From assembly GCF_009834535.1 (NCBI RefSeq), contig NC_045697.1, positions 17,920,001 through 17,984,000 on the forward strand: 64,000 nucleotides of DNA. Direction: 5' to 3'. Source of the stretch: Camelus ferus. Its lineage: Eukaryota. Shown in pieces: positions 1 to 12,210 of the stretch. Position 1 is the stretch's first letter. Every line of letters begins with the position of its first letter. Below the pieces are notes generated by a model. That model worked only from the letters and a program-made list of their open reading frames with translations. It did not search any database and was not told the DNA's origin. The position numbers and the translations under genes are program-made.

Positions 1-1437
1 TTCTGCAGTAGTGATTTCCAGTAATCTGTCTTCTAGCTCACTGATCCATTCTTTTGCCTCATTTAGTCTAGTCTTGGTTCCTTCTATTGTGTTACTCATT
101 TCAGTGATTTCATTCTTCAACTCTGTTTGGATATTCTTTATATTTTCCAACTCTTTGCTAAGAACTTCACTCTGCGCATCTATACTTCCCTTGAGTTCTC
201 TGAACATCTTCGCCATCATTACTTTAAACTATTTCTCAGGTAAATTGCGTATTTCCTCATCACTGATTTCTTCCTCTGGGATTTTATCTTGTGCCTCAGG
301 CTGGGAGATATTCCTCTGCCACCTCATGTTGTCTACCTTTCTATTGGTATTTTTAGGCAGGTTAGTTACATTCCTCGACTTTGGAGAGGTGCCTCTCTGT
401 GGGATACATCCTGTGTGTCCCAGCAGTATGCTTCTCTCTGTCACCCAAGGGCCAGTGTCCAGCCTGTCCCAGGGTAGAGTCTGGCCTGTGTTAGTGGACT
501 CCTTCCACAGGCTTTGTGATTATTATTTTCTCATTGCTGGCATCTGCCCCTGGTGGATGAGGCTGGACTAGAGGCTTATGCAGGTTTCCTGGCAGGTGTT
601 GGTGCCTGCCCACTGTGGGGTGAAGCTTGTTCCTGGACCTCAGGTAGGTAGGGCTGTGTCTAGGGTTATGTCTAGAAGTGTTTGTGGCTCAGGAAGTCTG
701 CTGATAGGTGGGGCTATGTTCCCACCCAGTATATTGTTTGATCTGAGGCTTCCCAGCCCTTAAGCTTATAGGCTGTTGGGTGGGGCTAGGTCTTGGTGTG
801 AATGATCCAATCAAGATGTCAGCTTCCAAGAAAGCTCATGTAGATGAACACTCCCGGGATGCCTGCCACCAGCTTTTATGTCCACCGGGTGAGCTGCAGC
901 CATCCCCTACCTCCCCAGGAGACCCTCTAAAACCAGCAGGCAGGTCTGGTCCAGGTTCCTATGAAATCACTGCCTCTGCCCTTGGACCTGGCACACGCGA
1001 GACTCTGTGTATGCTTCCCGAGAGAATGAAGTGTTTCCCCCAGACCCATGGGGTTCCTGGAGTTGAGCCCCACTGGCCTTCAAAACCAGATGTCCTGGGG
1101 TCCCCTCCTTCTGCCAATGCCAGAACCCTGGGCTGGGGAGCCTGATGTGAGGTTCAGAACTCTCACTCCTGTGGGAGGGCCTCTGCAACTTAATTATTCT
1201 TCAGCTTGTGGGTTACCCACCCGGGGAGTTTGGAGCCCAATTATATCGCGAGCATACCCCTCCGACCATCCCACTATGGTTCTCTCTTTATGTTTCCAGT
1301 TGAAGAAGATCTGTTTTGCTTGGTTCCAGTTTTTTTTTTTTTCCAATGGTTGTTTAGCAGTCAGTCGTGGTTTTGTTGTAGTCTTGAGGAGAAGCGAACT
1401 CGTGGTCCTACTACTCTGCCATCTTTACCAGAAATTC
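1..1437 (-). mobile_element. L1-family 5'UTR plus 5' part of disabled ORF1 (continues beyond the window start); same family as the 26707-29750 element
   Basis: The reverse complement starts GAATTTCTGGTAAAGATGGCAGAG (YY1-type L1 5' end). ORF1 ATG is at 327 on the minus strand (MRWQRNISQPEAQDKIPEEEISDEEIRNLPEK*) with a premature stop at 229-231. It aligns by eye with 26707-27967. Confidence 0.9.
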
Positions 1438-3048
1438 TTATTTATATACTTCTCTGAGATTCTTTTAATAGGTACACTTAACTCTGGTTTAAGTCTCAAT
1501 AAACTACTGATGTGTTTGAACTTTTCCTGCTATCTTTTTTTTCTATTTACCATGAATTTCATTTTTTTCTTTTTTTCCTTTCTTGTCTTTAATTGAGCTG
1601 ACTTGAAATGTCTTTCTTTTATTTCTTTCCTCTAATAGTTTGGAATCTATATGCAAATTGCATTTTAAAAGTGTCAAGTTTAAGGTGCCTACAGTACATC
1701 TGGAAATTTTTACCAAGCATACAGTTGGGGATTAAGGGTTTGGAACTTGAAAGAGGAATTGGTATTAAGGATATCATTTTAAAATGTCACCTTGGTAAGT
1801 GGAAGCCATGCAGTGTTTGCTATCACCGGGGAAATGATGGTGAGCAAATACATCACTAGGGCAATGTGAGGTACATAGGTACTCAATAAATGTTTCGTGA
1901 ACATTTAGTAAATGAAGGCGAGAAAGGACTGAGTAAGGGAATGGTAATGTTGAAAACCAGAGGAAAAGTCAGGAAATGAGAGAAATGGCTTAAAAGACAG
2001 AAAGTGAACTTTGAGAGCAATATCTCCAAAACCACATAGAAGAGAATTTCCCAGAGGGAGGTGATAGAGAGCAGTGTGTTGCTGCAGAGACATTAGGTAG
2101 CATGAGGACTGCGATGGGCCTTCGGAGAGAAGACCGGTGGTCTTAGGGGAGAGTCTGAAAGGTGATAGTCAAAGTTGAGGGATAGGAGTTGGAAGCAGAG
2201 GCAGGCATAGCATACAGGCTTTTCTTTTATGTAATTGGTCAGGGAAAGATAAAAGGAACTTGTTCTTAGCTTCAGGGAGATGTAACCCAGAGCAAAGGCT
2301 TTCTTTGGAATGGACTCTACTTCCCACAGTGTTCAAAGAGATAGATAAAAGAGACTTAAGAAGGAATGACTCTAAAGGCAGATTTTTTTCTCCCCTCAGG
2401 GCTTTCTAAGTGGTAGAAGCCATCAAATCTGGAAGTTCTCATTGGATGTATCCACTGTAGTTCTATGGGTGATCATATTGTCAGAAACCTTACACTTTCT
2501 TGCAGGAATCTGAATCTGCATTCTGTCTAGAAGATCCTACTCCTTTATAAATCTTTGTAGTCCTGACACTGTGTAGATTTAATGGTCTTCTTGGGAGAGA
2601 ACTAAGTTAGCCCAGAGTCATGGATCTTTTACCCTTCAAAGCCACTTCCCTATTTACATACTAATGATTTAAAATTTTGGAACATACACACACACAGACA
2701 CAAATGAGTGGTCAGTTCTTGATAATTTGTGGCTGGAAAGGCAGGGAGACCAGTCATCTGGGGATCTGGGGATGTGAATAAATTATGGGTACCTCTCAAT
2801 TTCCAAACACAGAAACCAGAGATTCAGATATAGTTTTTGATATAGGGCTGTTTGAGATAGACTCATTATCAAAACTGTTTACTGTTTAAAACTCAGAAAC
2901 CTAACTAGTTCAGTTAATACCTTACTGTATTTTACTATCTGAATTAACCATCCAAACTTAGAAATCTGAATGATTTAGATGGCAAAGAATAATTGTTCTC
3001 TCTGATAACCTTTCTCCTTTTTTTTCTTTTTTAATCTAGGAATTGTAG

Positions 3049-3291
<243 letters not shown>

Positions 3292-3825
3292 TAAATAAAT
3301 CTTAAGAGATATTTTCCTAATAGAGCTAATTTGTAATTTATTGCTTCTGGTATCACTGCTTGCAGTAGGAACCCAATATAACAAAGAAATTAGCAATTTT
3401 ACTTTATAGGAACATATGTTTGTGGCATTACACTATGAGTATTCTTTGAAATGAGACTACATTAAAACTTGAGAAGTTGTTTTCTTTGAAAGTTGAATTT
3501 TACAGAATTGCTCTATAAATTATAATACACGTTTGGTGACCTGCTATGATTTAATTCTCTCAAAAAAAAACCTAAACTTTTTTGTCTGGAAAGTAATTTT
3601 AGATCTGTTCTGGAACAAGTTGGAGTATAAATAAACTATTTGTTGTCATTCTAGAGGTGTATAAAAATACATTAAGTAAAAATAATCTTTTCATGTTATT
3701 TTATCTGTTAGGAATGCTTTCTGCTGACCTCACGTGCTAAGCTGAAGAGTCCTTTTGTTTTCAGACTTTTTTTCAAAGATCTTAATTTTGGAATTATAAT
3801 ACTGTTTTCTTTCCTTTTATGATAG

Positions 3826-3885
3826 ATTGACAAAAGATTTGACAAAGCCACTTTTGAAAGGCAGATGTCTGTGATGAGGGGTCAG
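3826..3885 (+). CDS. PI4K2B: PI4K2B penultimate coding exon
   Basis: gatag|ATT...CAG|gtaggt; IDKRFDKATFERQMSVMRGQ; 60 nt, in frame with flanking exons. Confidence 0.96.
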
Positions 3886-5023
3886 GTAGGTCACCTTTTT
3901 AAGGTCTTGTTCATTAAGGAAAAAAAAATCTCTCTTTGAAACAGTAGTCAAGTTTTTTTCTCCACTGTGACCCAAAATGCAACTCTAATACTGTCCTTTA
4001 TTCTGAACCAAAGTAGCTCACATGATTAGAGATGAAGTTGATTTCAATACTCTTTTTCTCTGTTGTCTTCTATATTAGATATTTTTTATCTTCTCGTGTC
4101 TTGTTCAGTTAGCCAGTTTGCTCCTACTGTGAATTCTTTGTCCTCATTTTGATAACTTTTCCTGGGCATTAGTATCTTTTTTCTCCTCAAATCCATTTGC
4201 TTGAATGTTTCAATACCAAGTTCTGTTTCTTGTTGACTATTTTCCTCATGGCTTGGCCTTTGTTAGAGCAATCAGTAAATAACCGTGTCAGCAAAGTTGA
4301 GCACTAATTGGGACATCAAAGTGCTGTTTGTAACTCAGTCCTCTCACCCCTTCTCACCTCCTGTAATTAGAAATACAAGGTATTAATTCCATCTGCTGGT
4401 GTGGACCTGCAGGCTGGCCTGACCTACAGGTGACATCTGGTTCTTCTACTCTATTAATAGTATTTAGATTCCAAAAGGAAGACTGGAAATGAAAATAAAC
4501 TGTAGTGCAAACATGGTCTTCTTAGTGACTTACTAATTCATTTTTTCTTCCTAAAACATGCATTTCTTTTAAGGTAGCTATTTGCTACAAACATGTGGCA
4601 AAGAAGACAAGTCTAGTTTTTGCACTGTGTATTATGTAGCATTAACAAATATATAAAATTAAATTAGATAATCATTCATTCATCAAATATTTATTGAAAG
4701 AACCAGTGCCAGAAACTGTGCTAGTGACTGAGATGAAGCAGTGAGTGAAACCGAGTTTCTCCCCTCAGGGAGCTCTTTCTCCAGTGAGGAGGTCAGGAGT
4801 CAGGGAAAAGGGGCAGATTGTTAGCTTGTTCACCTCTCTGTGCTCTGTGCACTTACACAGCACTCTGCTGGAGTCATAAGTTTTAAATAATCATAAGTTT
4901 TAAGTGAAATGACTGGAGAAGCAAGCTAGAGTCAGGTGATGGAGGGCCCTAACTGCCAGAGTACAGACTCCACAGAGAAGGGACTGGAGCGGTTAGAGAG
5001 CTAGCATAGAAAAGAGTTGTGAT

Positions 5024-5139
5024 GGGGGAGGGTAAAGCTCAGTGGTAGAGTGCGCGCTTAGCATGCATGAGGTCCTGGGTTCAATCCCCAGTACCTCCAG
5101 TAAATAAAGAAATAAATAAACCTAACTACCCCCCACCAA
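5024..5139 (+). mobile_element. tRNA-Ala(AGC)-derived SINE (vic-1-like, camelid)
   Basis: tRNA-like head with A box (AGCTCAGTGG) and B box (GGTTCAATCC), A-rich tail, 14-bp TSD AAAAGAGTTGTGAT at 5010-5023 and 5140-5153. Confidence 0.9.
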
Positions 5140-5156
5140 AAAAGAGTTGTGATAAT

Positions 5157-5671
5157 CCAAGTGCCCATCAGCAGACGATTGACTTAAGAAGTTGTGAGAT
5201 ACACACAGAGACACACACACATACACACAGACACAAACACACACAGAGGAATATTACTCAGCCATAAAAAACTGAAATATTGCCATTTGCAGCAGTATGG
5301 ATGGACCTAGAGAATATTAGACTTAGTGAAATAAGTCAGACAGAGAAAGACAAATACTGTGTGATACCACTTGTATCTAAAAAATACAAATGAATCTATA
5401 TACAAAACAGAGACCGAGACACAGTAAACAAATTTATAGTTACCAAAGGGGAAAGGGAAAGGGGAGGAACAAATTAGGATTTGGGGATTAACAGATAGAA
5501 ACTACTGTACATAAAATAGATAACAAGGATTTACTATATAGCACAGGGAATTATACCCAATATCTTATAATAACCTATAATGGAATATAATCTGCAAGAA
5601 AAAAAAACTGAATCACTATGCTGCACACTTGAAACTAATGCAATATTGTAAATCAACTATACATCAATTTC
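5157..5671 (+). mobile_element. 5'-truncated L1 3' fragment (end of ORF2 and 3'UTR) with internal (CA)n
   Basis: Typical L1 3' motifs (GGAATATTACTCAGCCATAAAAA, ATGGATGGACCTAGAG, ATATTGTAAATCAACTATAC); flanked by AGTTGTGATAAT at 5145-5156 and 5675-5686. Confidence 0.85.
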
Positions 5672-8600
5672 AAAAGTTGTGATAATGACAAAGTTTTCTA
5701 TTTACTAGTATGGAGAGATCTCCAGAACATATTATGTTAAAAAATATATAATAACTAATGGTATGTATAGCTGCTTATGTATTGTGTATAATAAAAAAGG
5801 AATCAGAATGTCTTTTAAAGGGGGGAGTTGTGATAAGACTGACATTTTTGGAGAGGAGACCTTACCCTGGGTTTCCTCTGCAAACTCCCTGAAATTTTGT
5901 GCTAAATTCTGTTTATGTGTACTTTTTGGACATGGAGTGGGCAATAGAATTTATAGCTCAGCAAAAGGTATCCCTAACCCAACAAAGAACCACTGCAGAC
6001 TGGACAGTAGGGTGCGGATTGGCTCAGCACACGTGTCTAGAGCCACGGAGCCTCGTGAGGAGGTGTTTTCAGTAATTCAGGCATGAACGAGGGGCTCAGA
6101 TGCTGGATGACTGTAATTGTGTTGTTGAGGGTTACTACCCTAAACTATATTTGAGTTAAATTTTCAGGCATAGATAATTATGCCCTAAGCCGACATTTTT
6201 GCTTGAAACAAATTGGCTTGACTTTAGCGGTATGCTCCATCTTCTGGAATTCTCATATCCCTAAAGGTGTATCTTTACCTTAGGAATATTTGTTTTTTAA
6301 AAATAAAAGCTGTAAATAATTTTATAAGCTTTAATTGTCGATTAAGGTTAGTACATGAGGAATTTAAATTTAAATTTTAAGATGCTTATTGAAAAGGTAC
6401 GGGGATGCTCCAGTTCTGAGGTCTATTACAAAGATACACCAGTGGCTATCTGCTGTTTAAGGTTTATTTATTCATATCCTGTCTCATCTACAAAGGAATA
6501 AGGTATTGTACAAATGGGTGTAATAGAATATAAAACTGACAGGATCAGGATCTGGAGAAATAAAAAATAAAATAGTACCTTGGCTATGTGTTTTGATTTT
6601 GTTTTGGTTTTTTATTTTAATTTGGTTTTGACCTTTCTGATAGCCAAAAAGAATAAGGTACCCTAACCATGTACATGATTGTGTAACTCTCTGGTTTTAG
6701 CCTTTAAAAAGAAGAAAAGCTAGTCTGAAAAATCACGTATTATTTTATATTCTAAAGTAAAAAATCAGTATTTGAAACGGAAGCTTAACAAACAAAAACA
6801 AATAACCCGTGTTTTAAGCAACGGAATTCATTATTTAGCCAATTCCTTAATTGAGTCAAAATACTTGTGTTATTTCTATCGTTTATAATTATCCCTCGAA
6901 TCCTTCTCCCTTCTAATTTTGCCAATTACCGTCATGATTTGTGCTTGTACAACCAAGTCTTTTGCCCTAGTTTATGGGAAGTTTTTAGTTTTGCATACAT
7001 AATCAATGACACGTTCTGATTCTTCATATAACGATGAAGACGGGAATTAGGAACTAGTGTGAAGGCATTTCTTTTAAAACTTGACTAGTGATGTTTACTA
7101 ATTTAAAGATTGTGAATTTTACATTAAGTAGCAGTAGGATCATGGACAGGTTCAGTAAGAGCATTCATTTTACTCTGCCTGTGCCTGTTTGGAACACGGG
7201 ACCTCAGAAGGTACTTATTTATATGAGATGTATTTCACACATGATCTGAAAAAATGGCAGAAATAATAGTTTTATTAATCCACAGTGAACTTGTATTCAG
7301 TGGTTTTAACCAGAAGCTCATTTGAATATTCAATAAAAACTGATGTTAAAAAAAAATGAAACTAACACTTTTATACTTCCTGAGTACTGGATTCTTTATT
7401 AGGTATTTTTAAGTTTGTTATTATTTATCCTCATAACATCTCTACATAGTTATCTGCATTTTATAAGTAGGCTCAAAAGGGTTAACATGTTGTATCTGTT
7501 TAATAAGGGAGTCTGGCTAAATGGCACGTGTGGCATTGCCTCTGCCTGGAGCCCTTATCAGCTCTTCTCTGAACTTAATGATCTGCTAAGTGGTGTCCTT
7601 ATATCCTTACCTGTTTGCCCGTCCTTCTTCCACATTAGACTAGAACCATCTCTTTAAAAGCACATATGATCGCCTCTTTAGTGATTTAAAGCTCCCTTGA
7701 TTCACACTAGGTGCAGGCTCATTTCCCGACTTTGAGCATTCTACCGTCACAATCTGCCTCCATCCACCACACCTGCCTTTACCCCTCATTGGCAGCCTCC
7801 CCTAAGCCTAGCCATTTGTCACTGTCCTGTCCCATTTCCCCTTGCCCTGTGGGGCCCTTGTGTGCACTGTTATCTCCCCTCAGTGCCTTTTCCTCTTCGT
7901 CAGGAGAACGGTATTTTTCCTTCAAGCTCCACCTCTGTGTTCCTAGGCTCCTCCCGCCGCTCAGGGAATTCTGATTTCCACAGCACACCCTGGGAGTACC
8001 AGGGTCACATTTCATTCAGAAATCTGATGTTAAAACAGCACATTGGGTGTAGTACTATTGAAAAATAGCTTAAAACCAACAAGAAATTAAAATATATGTA
8101 GTTCTATGTAGCTAGTTCAGTAATTTTCATGCCCACTAAAATTTGCGGACCAGTGAACCAGTCTAGAGGAAAGCAAAGTCTACATGCAGAAGTCTGTGAG
8201 CTCACACCATCTGCCCTCAACCTAAGTGTCACATCCCTACCACGTAATCAAACGTGGCATTGATGGAGAATTCTGAAGTGTTTCTCCTTGCCTGCAGTGT
8301 TTTGTCTATTTCTAAAAATAATCTTCTTTGATTTAAATATATAGTAACGTATTTATTCTCTGAGAAATGAAAAAATGGGCAGTATGTACAGAAGGGGATC
8401 AGATTTTACAGTCAGAGCATAGATCCACTGTTGCTGAAGTATCTGTCACTCTCCACTCCAGCTGTTTGTTCGTGTGGCTGTTTGTTTCTAGAATGTGAGT
8501 ACTTTATGAGCTCAGATGGTTTTCTTCCCTCCTATTCACTCTTCTCCCCTCCCCAACAGTGCATGCTAGTCAGTGTTTCTTTAGTAAGTAAATGCAAGAT

Positions 8601-9559
8601 TATCAAGTATCTCATCAATTTCCAAAGAAATATTAATTTTTAGGGTAGTATTAAGACTGAATAATTTTTGCTATTATATATTTGAAAAATTTTAATCGTG
8701 TTTCATTTTCTTTGTACCATTTGTTTTCTAGATTCTCTACAACAGTCATGTGTTATTTTTAGAGTTAGGAAAATGTTGGATATTAGTTAAATTAGTATGT
8801 TTATACTAACATATTTAGAATAGAATTTTTAAAATCAAAAGAGGAGACCAACCAGAATATTTCATTCCTTAGCCATAGTGGTACCCACATTTTATTTTCA
8901 TGGCAAAAGCAATGCTTATAAATGTAAATTTTATAAGTTATTTTTGTCTTGTTATCCAAATGCAACCAGCCTAGAAGATTTTAAAGGAAGAACTTAAATT
9001 AAGTGATCTTAAAACATAAATACAATGAGTAACTACTATTGCTAGTGAAGGTTTATTTCCCTGATGTGTTAAATACTTCAGATCTTCCAGGACCTAAACC
9101 ATCTAGTTGACACTATTCAAAATGTTACAAAGTTTATTTTTTTGGCTCTGTGTTGAAATCTTTATGCTTATCACTATTAAATGGTCTTTACAATAACTAG
9201 TAATATGCCCACCATCTGTATATAAGATAACTTTCAGAAACCTAAAGGAGACCTTATTTCTAAAGTATACAACTAAGGGAATTTTCTACTTGATATGCAG
9301 GGGAAAAAAAGAAAATGGATTATTAAATTTTTATTTAAACAGAGTAGGCTGTAAGCTGTGCATTGAGTTTCATAACCTTATTTACATGTGCAAGTAGCAA
9401 TTCCAATAGTGTATTTAAACATGGAAGGTAATGCATTTTACTATTCCTAGTTTTATTTATTTTTAAGAGTAAACTCTTAAATAAAACTTTATTTCAAATG
9501 CTACCTTCCCAAATTCTCTTAACCCGTTTGCCCTGCATCGTGCTTTCCCATAGCACTTT

Positions 9560-9750
9560 TTCCTTCTAATACATGGTACAGTTGACTTGTTCATGATGTT
9601 TATTGACTCCTCCCCTGCTAAAATGTGAGCTCAGTGAAGGCACAGAATTTGTTTCTTTTTTTGTTTGTTTTGCTGTTATATCTCCAGCACTTAGAACAGA
9701 GCCTAGCACGTAGTAAGTATGCAATAAATATATTTGTTGAATAAGTGGGT
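9560..9750 (+). mobile_element. L2 3'-end fragment
   Basis: AAAATGTGAGCTC...CCAGCACTTAGAACAGAGCCTAGCACGTAGTAAG...AATAAATATATTTGTTGAATAA resembles the L2 3' terminus. Confidence 0.7.
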
Positions 9751-10138
9751 AAGGCAGGTATTTAGTTAAAACCAAACTTTTTAGACCAGTATTTGTTGGA
9801 TCCAGTGTCAAATAGAGTACTGTGTGGAACCAGTCACTTTATTCCATCTCTAACCCCAATGCTCCTGGATATACGTGCATTCTAAAATACTGCAAAGTTA
9901 CCAGCTGGCAAAAATCATTAATTCTAAGTTTGTGCATTTGTGTGTTTATGTGTTTGTGTATGTATAAGCATACACATTCACATAATAGATATTTGTAGCA
10001 GTTACTCCTCATCACAGTCTCTACTGGGCATAAATGGATGAAATAAAAATTACAATTATGAAACAATGGTTAAAATAATGTCAGTGAACCGAATGTTTTG
10101 ATCTTTTTTGAGCTGGTGAAAATCTCTTCTTTGCACAG

Positions 10139-10312
10139 ATCTTAAATCTTACTCAGGCACTGAGAGACGGGAAGAGCCCTGTCCAGCTGGTACAGATGCC
10201 TTGTGTGATTGTGGAACGCAGTCAAGGTGGAAGTCAAGGCCGGATTGTGCACCTCAGCAACTCATTCACGCAGACTGTCCACTGCAGGAAGCCATTCTTT
10301 TCCTCCTGGTAG
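10139..10312 (+). CDS. PI4K2B: PI4K2B last coding exon (to stop)
   Basis: ttgcacag|[60 protein letters not shown] (TAG 10310-10312), the characteristic PI4K2 C-terminus. Confidence 0.97.
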   Translation: MLNLTQALRDGKSPVQLVQMPCVIVERSQGGSQGRIVHLSNSFTQTVHCRKPFFSSW

Positions 10313-12210
10313 CAGATGCACGAGTGAGAAAAACAAACTATTTGGCATTTTCATGTTGTTAAAACATGACAGTGGTGTGATCTCTGTTAAGAGCTCCAGT
10401 TGCCAAAACCTCATATAATACATTTTAACAGTACTCAAAGTTTACAGTTTCTTTGTCCAAATATTAAATTTCTATTTCAGGGAAGAAGTGATGTATCTCT
10501 TACATCATATTTTTGTAGAAAAATTGTATTTTATGTTGTTGATGTTAGTTGAAGAGGTGATTTCATAGTTTACACATTCTGAAACGACTGTAATTACTTT
10601 AGAATCCCAAACCAAAAAATGAGGTGTGTGTTGACTTTGAATACAGTAACTTTTTATGTACCTTTTAAACACTGAGAAGAATGTTCATGTTAACTCGTCT
10701 TACATTATATAAGGCCTTTCAGGTTGAAACTGCTCTTAGAAACTTTAATAGAGTAGTTAATAGAAAAATAGGTAAGAATAAAGCAATGTTGCCTTAATTT
10801 TAAAAGCTGCTATTTTAGAACTTGAATAAATGCTCTTAAAGTAACCATTATTAGGGACCAGAAAATTACATTTTGTTTAAGTTACAGATGACCATTTTCT
10901 CTTTTTTGTACTTCAAAGTATTTTTGGTCAATTAGTTTGTTATAGTGAGGGAAAAAATCTTAAGGTTATCTCCCTTTCTAAAAAAAAAATAGAAACACTA
11001 AACAGACTTGAGGGGAATAATATGAAATTAAGATAGATCCCTAATATTTTGAAATTCCAAAATATCGTTAAAAATTCCCTTCTGTTTCTTGCATGGAATC
11101 AGTACCTCATGCAGAGTCAGTTAGTACCTCAGAGTACTGACTGATTCAACTTAGTATTTCCGTTAGCGTTCAACTTCACTGAAAGGTAAACCGTAACTCA
11201 AACCGTATATTGGATTGCATTTTTGGAGTCCTAGGACATAACCTCTTAAAAATAATAGTAGTATTGTAGGGTACTTGAAATTACTGATGTTATTATAATT
11301 ACAGTCACCTTTTAGAGTATCAGCCCCAATCAAAGGGGAACATGACAGAGCTAACTATAAAATCATTTTAATTTGATTTTGAGTATCAGTATGTCTGACA
11401 TCCTGGGTATCTGTAGCACTTTTAACTCATCAAGTGATTTAAGTTGAGATGAGCCCAGTGTGAAGATTTGATCCCAAAGAAGCTTCATTCTCTTCTCCGC
11501 TTCAAAGAAATAACATCACCCCATGTACTAAACTGGGCAATTTGGCCTTTTGTTTTTTAAGCATTCTGTCCTGTAATTTTTAAAGTTATTTTTGTGTAGA
11601 AAGTATTTCCTGAAGTTGAAATTAGGATGGAAGTCAGATGTGCCGTCATCTCTCCCCTCACGCCTTTCCCCTGGCCTTCGTGGATGTGATGCGTGAGAAC
11701 ACTGTCCTGGTAGACGTCCGCCAGACGCCGTGCTCGCCTCCCTCCCTGACTCTCCGTGCTCTTAATGTTGAGATGATGGAAAATGGACTGGAAATTCAAA
11801 ACTCAAGCTACTATCTTTAGATGAATACTAGTAATTAAAACGTGCCTTTTGAGGGTGTATTCTTATTGAAATAAGTTGTTATGATGTGGGTACTGCTTTC
11901 ATCAGTTTTTTTCAGTATTTTGAGGATTGCTATATTAATTTTTATAGTGGAAACTTAGTGAGTTGCTTCTGTTTTATATCCTAAAATTAAAATAGTGTGG
12001 AAATATTTTTAAATGGCCTGACCAGGCCAAAAGGGTAAAGTTGAAATATTTAAGATGTGATTACAAGTCAGAGTACATTGCTTATATTTCGTAAATTTTC
12101 ATGAGCTTCATTCTTATTTAAATATTGGGTTAATTTTTTCAGCGAGTATATTTATAGTGTCAAACATGGTAGACTAAAGGTAATAAAAATAACTGTCTTA
12201 AGATTAGACT
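10313..12210 (+). other. PI4K2B: PI4K2B 3'UTR (end inferred)
   Basis: AT-rich, largely repeat-free sequence after the stop; AATAAA at 10777, 10825 and 12182. The 3' end is inferred from the distal signal. Confidence 0.6.

Noticed and set aside
11..571. 186-aa Ser/Leu/Phe-rich ORF (also 27583-28038 minus)
   Set aside because: Shadow frame antisense to L1 ORF1; the composition simply mirrors the A-rich coiled-coil coding strand.
1048..1596. 182-aa ORF
   Set aside because: Runs antisense through the L1 5'UTR into T-rich flank; the frame is broken in the sister copy and it resembles no known protein.
5024..5099. Apparent tRNA-Ala(AGC) gene
   Set aside because: Extra 5' bases, imperfect stems, SINE tail, TSD and four more dispersed copies show it is a SINE.
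10310..10318. Stop-codon readthrough at PI4K2B TAG CAG ATG
   Set aside because: Does not match UGA-CUAG or UAG-CAR-YYA readthrough contexts.
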